Positions 39,762 to 50,291 are shown, counted from the stretch's first letter. The stretch is DNA of 64,000 nucleotides from Candidatus Krumholzibacteriota bacterium (GCA_963727455.1 CAVSGG010000017.1:128001-192000), one strand, 5' to 3'. The notes: generated by a model not told the origin, from the letters alone. Numbers and translations are program-made.

Positions 39762-41027
39762 ATGCAAAACCACAACCTGAATCGCAGGGGTCTGCGGCGT
39801 ACCGATGCTGACGGTCCGCGCCCCTTGGCCGATGCCGTCCTACGGCTCATCTGGCAGGAACGCCGGATCTCCCGCGCGGAGATCGCGCGGAACGCCAAGC
39901 TCTCCCGTTCTACCGTCTCGGAAATCGTCAATGAGATTCTTCCCATGGGACTCATCGCTGAAATCGGGGAGGGCCCATCCCGTGGCGGCCGACCGCCCAT
40001 CGTGCTGGAGTTCCGGGACGATGCCTGCGTCATTCTGGGGGTGGAGATGGGCGCGACCCACGTGGTGGTCACCCTCATCGATCTGCGTGGGAAGGTGCTG
40101 AGCTGGGAATCGCGTGAGCACCCCGTCCGCAGCGATCCCGCCGGAACCCGTAGACTCATCGCCGAGCTGTGCAAGGCCTGCCTCTTGGCCTCCGCGGTGG
40201 GAGATCGTCCCCTGGTGGGAATCGGAGTCGCGGTGCCATGTCCGGTTGACCCTTTCGGAAACCACCGTCTTTCCACCGTCGTGCTCCCCAAGTGGGAGGG
40301 CGAACTGGGACTCGAGGAACTCGCCAAACAGTACGAGGTCCCTCTGATGGTCGACAATGACGCCAACCTGGGGGCGCTGGCCGAGCACTGGTGGGGTGTG
40401 GGGCGTGGAGTGGACGACATCGCCTACATCAAGGTCGCGACCGGGATCGGTTCGGGTCACGTGGTTGGAGGCGAAATCTACCGGGGTGCCACGGGCGTGG
40501 CGGGGGAGATCGGTCACATTGCGATCGACCCGCAAGGAAAGCCCTGTATCTGTGGGCTGCGCGGGTGCTTGGTCACCCTGATCGGGGGGCAGGCTTTGCT
40601 GGAGCGGGCGGCGGAACTGCGCAGCGAGTACCCGCGGAGCACCCTGGCGAAAGGGGAACCCAGCGTGCGGGAGATCGAGGATGCAGCGCTGGCCGGCGAT
40701 CCTCTGGCCCTGCATGTCGCGCAGGAAGCGGCCAACTACTTGGGTCGAGCCGTGGCCAGTCTCTTGAATCTCATGAACCCCTCGCTCGTGATCGTGGGGG
40801 GAGATCTGGCCAGGCTGGGGGACCTGCTCATCCACCCCCTGCGCGATACGGTGGAGAAGAGAACCTTGGTCAGTTCGGTTGCAGCGGCTCAGATTCGCGC
40901 CAGTGAGCTGGGCTTTCGTTCCACCGCGATCGGCGCAGCGACCCTGGTTCTCAAGGCTGCCCTGGCCGACTCCCGGCTATTCCCGCGCGTCCCCGCTCCT
41001 AAATCGCCAGCTGCACATAGGTCCTGA
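39762..41027 (+). CDS. ROK family transcriptional repressor (XylR/NagC-like)
   Basis: HTH ISRAEIARNAKLSRSTVSEIV, SRGGRPP, DNDANLGALAE and GEIGH...CICGLRGCL. Confidence 0.95.
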   Translation: MQNHNLNRRGLRRTDADGPRPLADAVLRLIWQERRISRAEIARNAKLSRSTVSEIVNEILPMGLIAEIGEGPSRGGRPPIVLEFRDDACVILGVEMGATHVVVTLIDLRGKVLSWESREHPVRSDPAGTRRLIAELCKACLLASAVGDRPLVGIGVAVPCPVDPFGNHRLSTVVLPKWEGELGLEELAKQYEVPLMVDNDANLGALAEHWWGVGRGVDDIAYIKVATGIGSGHVVGGEIYRGATGVAGEIGHIAIDPQGKPCICGLRGCLVTLIGGQALLERAAELRSEYPRSTLAKGEPSVREIEDAALAGDPLALHVAQEAANYLGRAVASLLNLMNPSLVIVGGDLARLGDLLIHPLRDTVEKRTLVSSVAAAQIRASELGFRSTAIGAATLVLKAALADSRLFPRVPAPKSPAAHRS

Positions 41028-44000
41028 TCTCCCATTCGCGTCCCAGGGGCAGGCCCTCTGGATAGAGTGAGCCTTCGGCCGGTGCCGTCGCGCCCTCTGG
41101 TTGGTAGCGATTGGAGTAGCGATTCAGGGTACGGAAGGTGCCCTGAACTCCGATACGGGTCTGCGGAAGATCGAACCAGCGCGGCGTACCCAGAGTGAAC
41201 GAGACATCCGCCATCAGCTGCAACGGGAAGGTCAGGTTGTGGTCGTGGTGGTAGTCGTACGGTCCGTAGTCGTGGACCTTCACGAAGCCGGCCAGGGAGA
41301 TGGATGGCCAGACGATTCGACTGTCCACACCGACCCGGTGTACGAGACGTGGATTGTCTCCGTTGGGCTCGGCCGTCCCGTAGTAGAAGTGACTGATCAT
41401 GCGAACCCGCGAACTCAGGCGATGGATCGTCCTGCCGTGCAGCTCCCAAAGGTCGCGCGCGGGCGTGGCTCCGGGGAACGCTAGAATGGTGTTGTCGGCG
41501 GAAATGAACAGACCGGCGTCCGCCGTGGTGTGATGACGCTTGAGGCTGAAGCCCAGGCTCGCCGCGAACTTGGCGTCCTCGCGAAGGTCGCTGTCCCAAG
41601 CCCACATCCAGGTCGCGGGAGTGGGGTCGTAGGTGATCATCAACTCACCGCCGGTGGTCTCGCGGTTGGCGCGAACTGCGAAGGGGTCGTCCAGGACGTT
41701 GCGGGGACGTCCCGTGGTGCCGGCCAGATCGCTCGAGTTCGGCATCGGACCCACGATGGGTTTTTGCCAGAGAAAGTTTGGTCCGATCTGCCAGTTGCCC
41801 ATCGTGACCGCTACCCCCGAGAGCGCGTTGACCTGGTTGCCCATTCCGCTATCTCTGAGATCCCAACCGGTGAAGGTGGGAATAGCGGTCGGGCCTGCTT
41901 CGGCCACGAGGCCCATGTAGGCACCCTCACCGTACCAGTGCCAGCGTCCGTGCTCCCAGGTGAGCTTGCCCTTGAAACCGAAAGTGTCCTCGGGCTTGAT
42001 CTTGTCCTGGCGAACGTCTTCCGGTGCTACGGGGCCGCCAGCGTCGACGATTTTCTCGTCCACGAGCTGGAAGGTCTCCCCCACGCGCGGTTGTCCCGAC
42101 CAGAGGAGGCCGCCCTCGAAACCGAAGGGTCCCAGGCCGGTCTGCATTTGCAGCGAGGCTTTCCGCGTAGAACGAATCGGAATCGCGATCGAGCTGGTCG
42201 CCTGCGTACGCTGGGTGAAATCCTCCTGGTACATTCCGGTCCATTCGATTCCGGCCAGCTTGCGGTCGTACTTGAGGAAGACGGCGGGGTTGGCTCCCCA
42301 CCACAACTGCGGTCCCATAGCCAGCTTGAAGCCGTTGAAGAACTTCTTGCCCGCGATCTCGAAGCCGATCGGCGCTTCTCCATTGTAGATGTCCAGGTTC
42401 TCTCCGTAGAAGGCGTCGCGATACAGTCCGAAGAAATCGCCCTCGTACTGCCAGTGCAGATGGCCGGTGCGATAGAAGCTGTCGAGCTTGAACCAGCGAT
42501 CATCCCAGCTGAGATCGGCCTGATAGACCTTTACGCGCTCGAGCGACTGCACCTCGACCGGATTGCCGTTCTCGTCGAGGAAGGTCTGAGGGCGTCCGCG
42601 GTTTTCGTAGAAGATCTCGTCGATGGGATTCTGGGGAACGTTGCCCAGAACGTTGAGCGAGAGCCTGCCGATGACGCCTTCGTTGGGCTTGGCTTCGATC
42701 TCGGCGAAGAACGACTCCCCGTGGTCGAAGCCCAGGAAGGAGGGATAGGAATCCTGTGGATTCGTACTTTTTGGGGTCGAGATGTTCTTTCCGCCCGTGC
42801 TGTAGCTCTCGAATTCCATCCGCAAGCCCGACACGCGCACTTTCTTGAGCAGATCCGCCTCGTAACTCGCGGCATCTCCGCGGGCCTTCAAGACTTCCGC
42901 CATCGGTTCGATCGCGCGGAAGTGCTTGCGGATCGTCTGCAAGTCGGTGGTCGAGGCGTAGGGGTCGAGCACGAACGCGTCGCGGAGAGCGTAGTACGCC
43001 GCGCGCGGATAGACCTCGTAGAAGCCCTGCGCGTCGGGGAATCCCTTCGCGGTGATGCCCCACCACTCCTCGTTCATGTTGTTGTCGCCCTCACGGTAGT
43101 CGGTCGGGTAACCGCCGTTGGGCCAGGAGGCGTTGGTGTCATGGATGTCCAGCCGGCTGTCCTGACCGAACTTCCACCAACCGTCGCTCCACTGGAAGAT
43201 CAAGCCTCCGATCGCGTTGTTGGCCTGACCCTTTCCCGCCGACTGCTCGTAGATCTCTTCCCACTGTCCGAGCAGGTAGTAGGCCTGGGAGGCCTGGTCT
43301 TCCTTCATGGTGATCGCGTTGAAGGCATCCGCTCCGAATTCCGTGAAGAGGGCGGGGATACCGAGCTTGTCGTGAACTACCTGGAAGAAGTCGCGCGCGG
43401 AAACACCGCGATACACGTTCGAACCGAAGACATCGAGGCCCGGGCATTCTTGGGCGATGATATCGATGTACTGCACGTCACCGTTCGCGATCGCCACCGG
43501 ATGATCGGGGTCACGCTTCTTGATGTCCTGGATGATCTCTCCGAAGAGGGAGTAGAGAAATCGCGCGCGGGCCGCATTCTGTTCCCCTTTGGGCAGGGCC
43601 TCGATTTCGAACGAGGACCAGGATAGACCGTAATTGTTCTCGTTTCCCAAGAGCCACATGAGAACGCCCGGAGTTCCCTTGTAACGATCGACCTCCGCCG
43701 CCAACCGTTCCTTGAGGAACGCCCGCACCTTGGGGTCGCTGTAATCGGTTGTGGGATACCAGACACCGTCGATGGTCACTCCATAGCGGCCGACCGTATC
43801 GTTGAGGATGGTGTAGATCCCGTAGTTCCTCCACATGTACTCGATCCAACGCGGCTGCATGCCCGGCGCCTGTCGGATGGTGTTGATCCCCATGGACTTG
43901 AGCAGGGGCATTTCGCGGGCGAGGACCGCCACGATGAAATCGTCCGGCTGCCCCCAGAAGTCGTAGCTGTAGTTCTGCCCGATGGGTAGGTAGCCCCAGT

Positions 44001-44202
44001 TCATCCCGAAGACCATGAAGTCCTGGCCGTCCACCTGGAGCCGGCTGCCCTCCGCGTCGTTCACGACCGTGATGGAAGGCAACTCGGTGCCGCTCGCCCG
44101 CGCGCTGCCGGCGGCAAGCAGTAGGGGCAGAACCAGGATCATCCTCCAACTCACCCGGAGCAGACGGAGTCGTAAGGAGTTGCTACTTGGGATCGGTTTC
44201 AC
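40999..44202 (-). CDS. Clan GH-A glycoside hydrolase (GH2-TIM/GH158-like) fused to a ~600-aa probable outer-membrane beta-barrel
   Basis: Signal peptide; GINTIR, LLGNENNY (acid/base) and FTEFGAD (nucleophile). C-terminal half rich in amphipathic beta-strands, ending WEIRTYVQLAI. GTG start after GAGGGG. Confidence 0.75.
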   Translation of the reverse strand: MKPIPSSNSLRLRLLRVSWRMILVLPLLLAAGSARASGTELPSITVVNDAEGSRLQVDGQDFMVFGMNWGYLPIGQNYSYDFWGQPDDFIVAVLAREMPLLKSMGINTIRQAPGMQPRWIEYMWRNYGIYTILNDTVGRYGVTIDGVWYPTTDYSDPKVRAFLKERLAAEVDRYKGTPGVLMWLLGNENNYGLSWSSFEIEALPKGEQNAARARFLYSLFGEIIQDIKKRDPDHPVAIANGDVQYIDIIAQECPGLDVFGSNVYRGVSARDFFQVVHDKLGIPALFTEFGADAFNAITMKEDQASQAYYLLGQWEEIYEQSAGKGQANNAIGGLIFQWSDGWWKFGQDSRLDIHDTNASWPNGGYPTDYREGDNNMNEEWWGITAKGFPDAQGFYEVYPRAAYYALRDAFVLDPYASTTDLQTIRKHFRAIEPMAEVLKARGDAASYEADLLKKVRVSGLRMEFESYSTGGKNISTPKSTNPQDSYPSFLGFDHGESFFAEIEAKPNEGVIGRLSLNVLGNVPQNPIDEIFYENRGRPQTFLDENGNPVEVQSLERVKVYQADLSWDDRWFKLDSFYRTGHLHWQYEGDFFGLYRDAFYGENLDIYNGEAPIGFEIAGKKFFNGFKLAMGPQLWWGANPAVFLKYDRKLAGIEWTGMYQEDFTQRTQATSSIAIPIRSTRKASLQMQTGLGPFGFEGGLLWSGQPRVGETFQLVDEKIVDAGGPVAPEDVRQDKIKPEDTFGFKGKLTWEHGRWHWYGEGAYMGLVAEAGPTAIPTFTGWDLRDSGMGNQVNALSGVAVTMGNWQIGPNFLWQKPIVGPMPNSSDLAGTTGRPRNVLDDPFAVRANRETTGGELMITYDPTPATWMWAWDSDLREDAKFAASLGFSLKRHHTTADAGLFISADNTILAFPGATPARDLWELHGRTIHRLSSRVRMISHFYYGTAEPNGDNPRLVHRVGVDSRIVWPSISLAGFVKVHDYGPYDYHHDHNLTFPLQLMADVSFTLGTPRWFDLPQTRIGVQGTFRTLNRYSNRYQPEGATAPAEGSLYPEGLPLGREWEIRTYVQLAI

Positions 44203-45613
44203 GGGATTCCCCTCGAGTCTGGGTGGAAGTGGAGGCCGCGGCGAGTTTCGCCGGGATCTCGACGACAGCATTCGCGGAAACGACCTCTTTGTAGTAGTGG
44301 GCGCTGTCTTTGGGCAGTCGCTGTTGGGAGTCGAAGTCGACGGAGAAGATGCCGAACTTCTTCTTGTAGCCAAAGCCCCACTCGAAATTGTCCAGCAGCG
44401 ACCACAAGAAATACCCTTTCAGTGGCACGCCGTCCTCGATGGCGCGGTGAGCTTCTGAGAGGTGCGCGCGCAGGTATTCGATTCGCTTGGTGTCGGCAAT
44501 GCGATCCAGGGAATCGACGGAGTAGTCGTAGGCGGCGCCGTTCTCGGTGATGTAGATCTCGCGCGGTCCGTAATCCCGGTGGACACGAAGCAAGCTCTCG
44601 TAGAGCCCTTGAGGGTAGACCTCCCAGCCCATGTCGGTCAGCTCATGAGGTGGGGCCACCTTCAGGTCCTTGGGACGCCCATCCGCTCCGCCCTTCATTA
44701 CGACTCGGCTGTAGTAGTTCAGTCCCAGAAAATCCAGGGGGGCGGCGATGGCCAGCATGTCGCCATCCTGCACAAAGGGCAGCTTGGGACCTTTCAGGTG
44801 ACCCGCGCGAATCCTGTCCTCCACCGCATCGGGGGGATAGGAGCCCAGGAACAGGGGGTCGAGGTACCAACGGTGGAAAAAGCCGTCGAACCAGCGCGAC
44901 GCGTCGCGGTCCCTCGCGCTGGAACTGGCCGGATGCGCCGGGCAATGGATGATGACGATGCCCAGTTTCACGCGCGGCGACTCGTCACGCATGACTTTAC
45001 AGGCCCAGCCGTGGGAGAGCAGTAGATGGTGGGCCACACGGAGCGCCTCGGAAGGATCGGTGTGTCCGGGCGCGTGATGCCCCTCCTCGTGTCCCAGAGT
45101 CGTCACGCACCACGGTTCGTTGTGGGTCACCCAGCGATCGACGCGATCCCCCAGCCGGCGGACCACTGCCTGGCTGTATTCGACGAAAGCCTTGGCCGTG
45201 TCGCGCTTGCTCCAGCCACCGCGTTCCTGGAGCGCCTGCGGCAGGTCCCAGTGATAGAGGGTGGGGAAGGGCTCGATGCCGGCTTGCAGCAACGCGTCCA
45301 CCAGGGCGTCGTAGAAGTCGAGTCCGGAGCCATTGAGCTGCCCGTAACCGCGCGGAAAAACTCGCGGCCAGGAAATGGAGAAACGGTACGCCCCGAGGCC
45401 AAGCCACTTCATCAGCGCCAGGTCTTCCCGCCAGCGGTGGTAATGGTCACAGGCGATATCGGGGGTGGAGGCGTCCTCGATGGCCCCCGGCCGGGCCGCA
45501 AAGCGATCCCAGATGGAATCGCCGCGGCCACCTTCGTGCCGGCCGCCCTCGATCTGCTGGGCGGAGGTAGCGACCCCCCATACGAAGTCCTTCGGGAACT
45601 CCAAATTGGCCAT
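44183..45613 (-). CDS. GH1 beta-glucosidase (cytoplasmic)
   Basis: FPKDFVWGVATSAQQIEG, YRFSISWPR, TLYHWDLP, THNEP, YITENG and WSLLDNFEW. Confidence 0.97.
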   Translation of the reverse strand: MANLEFPKDFVWGVATSAQQIEGGRHEGGRGDSIWDRFAARPGAIEDASTPDIACDHYHRWREDLALMKWLGLGAYRFSISWPRVFPRGYGQLNGSGLDFYDALVDALLQAGIEPFPTLYHWDLPQALQERGGWSKRDTAKAFVEYSQAVVRRLGDRVDRWVTHNEPWCVTTLGHEEGHHAPGHTDPSEALRVAHHLLLSHGWACKVMRDESPRVKLGIVIIHCPAHPASSSARDRDASRWFDGFFHRWYLDPLFLGSYPPDAVEDRIRAGHLKGPKLPFVQDGDMLAIAAPLDFLGLNYYSRVVMKGGADGRPKDLKVAPPHELTDMGWEVYPQGLYESLLRVHRDYGPREIYITENGAAYDYSVDSLDRIADTKRIEYLRAHLSEAHRAIEDGVPLKGYFLWSLLDNFEWGFGYKKKFGIFSVDFDSQQRLPKDSAHYYKEVVSANAVVEIPAKLAAASTSTQTRGESRETDPK

Positions 45614-45696
45614 GCTGCTCCGACTCTTCCCGGGTGCCGCCTCAGGGACGGGAGTCCTTCCCCGGGGCTGGTCCGGCGAATTCCCTGAAAAAGAAT

Positions 45697-45744
45697 CTTT
45701 GTTCGGACTCCGAACATAGTGTATGATAGCAAGGGCGGTGTCAA
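45697..45744 (-). promoter_or_regulatory. Sigma70-like promoter for GH1 operon with palindromic operator (site 2)
   Basis: Minus-strand TTGACA (45744-45739)-N17-CACTAT; CTTTGTTCGGACTCCGAACATAG at 45697-45719. Confidence 0.75.
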
Positions 45745-45787
45745 GCCCGCTCTTCCTCTGAGTTTCTCCGAAAGAGAGGTCACTACA

Positions 45788-46765
45788 ATGCGAAATCTGG
45801 TCATCGCCGTCCTGGCCGTCACGGCGCTTCTCTACCCACTCGCGACCCTCGCGCAGCCTTTGGCTTCGTATACACAGAATTTCGAGAGCCTGGTCCAGAG
45901 CGACGCCAACGCTCTGACCAACGACGGTTGGCTGGTTTACGGAAACGTCTATGACACCGACGGTACCACCTATCTGTACGGTTACGGTTCCTACCCGGCG
46001 CCCAACAACGGCGCTGCATTCTGTCAGATCGCCATTGGCGAAGGTGGATTGGAGCAGGGCGCACAGCAGCTCGTCGTGTTCAGCGACTACGAGAACACCG
46101 ATCACGCTTTGGGCTACTACATCGAGTCCAACGTCTTTCAGGAGCAGCCGATCGGCAGCGATGATGTCGGGAACACTTGGGTCTTCGAGTTCGACGCGAA
46201 GCTCGGCAATTTGGAACTCCTTTCTACCGCCTTGGCCTTCATCAAGACCATCGATCCGAACAACGGCTATGCGACCACCAACTTCATCACTTCGGACATG
46301 ACGAGCATTCCCTCGACATGGAATCACTACTCGCTGTCCATCACGATCGACGCGGGCCTGGTCGGCCAGTTGTGTCAGTTCGGTTTCTCGAACACCGCAA
46401 CCCTGTACCAGGGTTCGGGGGTCTTCTACGACAACATCAGCTTCCATCTGCAGGACGTGACGGGGACCACTCCAGTTCGTGCCTCAGTCGATGCGATCCT
46501 GCACCAAAACTACCCGAATCCCTTCAATCCCAGCACGAGCATCGAGTTCACCCTGAACAAGTCGCAGAGCGTCGAGCTTTCAGTCTTCGACATCGCGGGC
46601 CGTCGCGTGACCACTCTGCTGAAGGGCACCCTGGGCGAAGGTGATCATACGGTGCGTTGGAACGGACGGAGCGAGAATGGCGCTTCTGTGGCTTCAGGAC
46701 GCTACAGCTACGTCTTGCGGACGCAGAGCGGAGAGCTGTCGGGAAACATGATTCTCTTGAAGTAG
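45788..46765 (+). CDS. Secreted beta-sandwich protein with C-terminal FlgD-Ig/T9SS-CTD-like domain
   Basis: Signal peptide; C-terminal LHQNYPNPFNPSTSIEF...VFDIAGRRVTTL...WNGR...ASGRY. Core is paralogous to 52069-52800. Confidence 0.85.
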   Translation: MRNLVIAVLAVTALLYPLATLAQPLASYTQNFESLVQSDANALTNDGWLVYGNVYDTDGTTYLYGYGSYPAPNNGAAFCQIAIGEGGLEQGAQQLVVFSDYENTDHALGYYIESNVFQEQPIGSDDVGNTWVFEFDAKLGNLELLSTALAFIKTIDPNNGYATTNFITSDMTSIPSTWNHYSLSITIDAGLVGQLCQFGFSNTATLYQGSGVFYDNISFHLQDVTGTTPVRASVDAILHQNYPNPFNPSTSIEFTLNKSQSVELSVFDIAGRRVTTLLKGTLGEGDHTVRWNGRSENGASVASGRYSYVLRTQSGELSGNMILLK

Positions 46766-46784
46766 AAACCCCTTGCCGCGAGAG

Positions 46785-49700
46785 ATGGCGATGAAGACCA
46801 AGTCCAATCCCACGCCGGAAGTGCGCCCTGGGGAGATCCTCGGGGAATTCCCCAAAGGAGAATTCGTTCGTTTGGACGGGGAGATGTACTACCGGATCGC
46901 GGCGTACGACCTTCTCGAGCCCTTCCTGATGAGCGTGCCGAGCAACACGGACCTCTGGATGTTCGTTGCCTCGGGTGGTGGGTTAACAGCCGGTCGCGTC
47001 GACGCCGACGGAAGTCTGTTTCCCTACCGAACGGTGGACAAACTGCACGATGCCCATTATCACACGGGTCCTCTCAGCTCGATACAGCTCGAGGGAGCCG
47101 AAGGAAGGGTCCTACGCTGGGATCCGTTCGCGAGCGATGCGCTGCACAGTGCCGCGATCGAGAGGAACCTCTACAAAAATCCCTTCGGCAATCGGCTGGT
47201 GTTCGAAGAGATCCATCACGAACTCGGTCTTGCGTTTCGCTATCGCTGGGCGGCTTGTGATGAATTCGGTTGGGTGCGGACGGTCACTCTCGAGAACCGC
47301 TCCGAACGATTGGCGCGGATCACAGTGCTGGATGGACTCAGAAACATCCTTCCCTACGGTGCTCCACTCTCACTCTATCAGCAGGCGAGCAACTTGATTG
47401 ACGCCTACAAGCGATCCGAGGTAGATCGAGAGACCGGACTCGGCATTTTCTCGCTCACCTCCTGTATTACCGACCGGGCAGAAGCTCTGGAGATGCTCAA
47501 GGCGAACACCGTCTGGTGTTGCGGTCTGCAGAGATTCAAGGTCCATCTTTCGCTGGATGTGGCGAAGGACTTCCATGCACGGAAGGTATTGGGCGAAGAC
47601 AAAGTGCTGAGCGGTGCCCGCGGCAACTATCTGGTAAGCGCGCCCTTGGAAGTGAAACCGGGGGAGGTCGCTCGCTGGCACATCGTGGGCGATACCGGTT
47701 CGGATCAGGTTCGAATCGCCGCTCTCCGGCGGAAACTCCTCGAGGAAGATGATCTCAGCGCAGTCGTGGAAGAGAAGCTTCGCGAGGCGGAGAGAGATTT
47801 GCGACGTAACGTGGGAAGCGCGGACGGCCTGCAGCTAACCGCGCACCCGGAAAACTGGGTGCATCATTTCACGAATGTTCTGTTCAACAACATGCGCGGA
47901 GGAGTGTTTTTCAACAACTACTCCGTTCCTATCGGGGACTTCCGGGATTTTCTGCAGGTACGAAATCGTGAGGTTGCGAAGCGGCGCGCGTCGACCCTCG
48001 AGTCGTTGTCGAATTTCTCCGAGATCGAGGAAATTCAAGCCGTGGCACGGGCCTCGCACGATCGCAACTTCGAACGCCTGAGCTACGAGTATCTGCCTCT
48101 CTACTTCGGACGCCGTCACGGTGATCCCAGCCGTCCCTGGAATAGCTTCTCCATTCGAACCAAGAACGAAGCGGGCGTGAAGATTCTGAATTACCAGGGC
48201 AACTGGCGCGACATCTTCCAGAATTGGGAAGCACTAGGCGCGTCCTTTCCGGGATTCCTTCCCAGCATGGTAGCCAAGTTCGTCAATGCCTCCACGGTGG
48301 ACGGGTTCAACCCCTACCGCATCACGCGCGACGGAGTGGACTGGGAAATCGCGGAAGCAGATGACCCCTGGAGCAACATCGGCTATTGGGGCGATCATCA
48401 GATCATCTACCTCTTGAAGCTTCTGGAGAACCTGGATCGCCATCAACCGGAAGCGCTGGGCAAACTGCTAGGTCAGGAGATCTTCAGTTACACCGAAGTT
48501 CCCTACCGAATCCGTCCCTACGAGCAAATTCTGAAGAATCCGCGTCAGACCATCGACTTCGATCATGCCCTCGCGGCGCGCATCGAGCAGAGAGTCAAGT
48601 GCCTGGGAACCGACGGGAAACTTCTGTCAGCGGCCGATGGCTCCACCTACCATGCGAATCTCTTCGAGAAGCTGTTGGTGCCGGCCCTCTCCAAGCTGTC
48701 GAATTTCATCCTCGATGCCGGCATCTGGATGAACACTCAGCGCCCTGAATGGAACGATGCGAACAACGTGCTGGGGGGCGGGGGCGTCTCGGTGGTCACC
48801 CTTTGTCACCTCAGGCGCTACCTGGCGTTCATCGGGGAGCGATTCGAGCGATCGACGCAGGCCGAATTCCCCGTCGCGGGCGAGATCATCGATTGGTTGG
48901 ACGGCATCGAAGTCACTCTTCGCGAGGAGCACGAGCGACTCTCGGGCGAAGAATTGGGCGCGGTCGATCGCAAGCGCATGATGGACGCTCTGGGGAGCAT
49001 CTTTTCGCGATACCGCGATCAGGTCTACGCGAACGGATTCTCGAAAAAGCGCAGCCTAGAGGCGTCCAGGGCCGCCGCACTCTGTCGGCTCGCTCTCGCG
49101 CTTATCGATCGGGCGATCGACGCCAACCGCCGCGAGGACGGGCTCTACCACACCTACAATCTGCTGGAGATCGACGAGGTCCAGGGAACGGCCGAAGTGA
49201 TCCACTTACAGGTCATGCTGGAAGGCCAGGTCGCCGCGCTCAGTTCGGGGCACCTGTCTCCCGAAGAGGCGCTGGAGATTCTGCAGCGGCTCTTCAGCAG
49301 TTCGCTCTACCAGGCACAGCAACGCAGTTTCCTGCTCTATCCCGATCGGGAACTCCCGGGCTTCATGGCCCGGAACGTCATTCCGAGCGGGCGGGTGCAA
49401 TCCATCCCACTCCTCGTCGATCTCCTCGCGCGGGGCAATCGTTCGATCGTGGCGCGTGACGCGGAAGGAATGTTCCGTTTCCACGGGGAGTTCAAGTGCG
49501 CGCACGACTTGGCCCTTGCGCTGGAAGTTCTCGAGGAGCAGGAGGAATGGCAGAGCGGGGTCCGCCGGGACCGCGAGCAGGTTCTCGATCTCTTCGAAGA
49601 AGTCTTTGCCCACAAATCTTATACCGGGCGCTCCGGAGTCATGTTCGGCTACGAGGGCCTGGGCTGCATCTACTGGCACATGGTGGCCAAGCTGTTGCTG

Positions 49701-50291
49701 GCCGTGCAGGAGAACTTCCTGCGGGCGGAGGAGATCGGTGCATCGGCGTCGGTGCGCGAGGACCTGGCCAGCATGTATTTCAGGGTGCGTGCTGGGATCG
49801 GCTACGAGAAGTCCGTCGAGGAATACGGCGCTTTTCCCACTGATCCCTACTCTCATACCCCGGCCAGCGGAGGAGCGAAACAGCCGGGCATGACCGGTCA
49901 GGTCAAAGAGGAGATTCTCACGAGGCGCGGCGAGCTGGGCGTGAAGGTCCAGGAGGGCTGCCTGCGTTTTCATCCCCAACTTCTGAGCCAGCAAGAGCTT
50001 CTCGAGCAGCCCGAGGTTTTCCATTATTTCGACCTGGCCGGAGAAGAGCAGACCCTCGCCTTGTCCGAGGGCAGTCTGGTATTCACCTTGTGTCAGGTAC
50101 CGGTGGTCTTCCGGCGCGCGGCGGCGAAGCCGTGCATGCTGCTCGAGTTTGTCGATGGCAACTCGAGACTGGTGCCCGGCGATACCCTTCCGCCCGAGTT
50201 GAGCAGCGAGCTCTTCTCGCGCAGCGGCCGCATCCAGAAGATCACGGTGGACCTTGCAATAGGCAGCTTCCGCTCGAACAACCGGAGATGA
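46785..50291 (+). CDS. GH149-like beta-1,3-glucan phosphorylase
   Basis: About 1170 aa with no signal peptide; RRHGDPSRPWN, GNWRDIFQNWE, WMNTQRPEWNDANN, YEGLGCIYWHM and PTDPYSHTP...QPGMTGQVKE. Flanked by GH16/GH17. Confidence 0.82.
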   Translation: MAMKTKSNPTPEVRPGEILGEFPKGEFVRLDGEMYYRIAAYDLLEPFLMSVPSNTDLWMFVASGGGLTAGRVDADGSLFPYRTVDKLHDAHYHTGPLSSIQLEGAEGRVLRWDPFASDALHSAAIERNLYKNPFGNRLVFEEIHHELGLAFRYRWAACDEFGWVRTVTLENRSERLARITVLDGLRNILPYGAPLSLYQQASNLIDAYKRSEVDRETGLGIFSLTSCITDRAEALEMLKANTVWCCGLQRFKVHLSLDVAKDFHARKVLGEDKVLSGARGNYLVSAPLEVKPGEVARWHIVGDTGSDQVRIAALRRKLLEEDDLSAVVEEKLREAERDLRRNVGSADGLQLTAHPENWVHHFTNVLFNNMRGGVFFNNYSVPIGDFRDFLQVRNREVAKRRASTLESLSNFSEIEEIQAVARASHDRNFERLSYEYLPLYFGRRHGDPSRPWNSFSIRTKNEAGVKILNYQGNWRDIFQNWEALGASFPGFLPSMVAKFVNASTVDGFNPYRITRDGVDWEIAEADDPWSNIGYWGDHQIIYLLKLLENLDRHQPEALGKLLGQEIFSYTEVPYRIRPYEQILKNPRQTIDFDHALAARIEQRVKCLGTDGKLLSAADGSTYHANLFEKLLVPALSKLSNFILDAGIWMNTQRPEWNDANNVLGGGGVSVVTLCHLRRYLAFIGERFERSTQAEFPVAGEIIDWLDGIEVTLREEHERLSGEELGAVDRKRMMDALGSIFSRYRDQVYANGFSKKRSLEASRAAALCRLALALIDRAIDANRREDGLYHTYNLLEIDEVQGTAEVIHLQVMLEGQVAALSSGHLSPEEALEILQRLFSSSLYQAQQRSFLLYPDRELPGFMARNVIPSGRVQSIPLLVDLLARGNRSIVARDAEGMFRFHGEFKCAHDLALALEVLEEQEEWQSGVRRDREQVLDLFEEVFAHKSYTGRSGVMFGYEGLGCIYWHMVAKLLLAVQENFLRAEEIGASASVREDLASMYFRVRAGIGYEKSVEEYGAFPTDPYSHTPASGGAKQPGMTGQVKEEILTRRGELGVKVQEGCLRFHPQLLSQQELLEQPEVFHYFDLAGEEQTLALSEGSLVFTLCQVPVVFRRAAAKPCMLLEFVDGNSRLVPGDTLPPELSSELFSRSGRIQKITVDLAIGSFRSNNRR

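Noticed and set aside
41530-43626. 698-aa plus-strand ORF and other long antisense ORFs (e.g. 35972-37390, 3066-4421, 31224-32840)
   Set aside because: They are shadows of real genes on the opposite strand, expected from GC-rich codon bias, and have no recognisable motifs.
45614-46447. 278-aa N-terminal extension of GH1 in the ORF track
   Set aside because: It overlaps the divergent gene, promoter and operator. GH1 homology begins at MANLEFP (45613).
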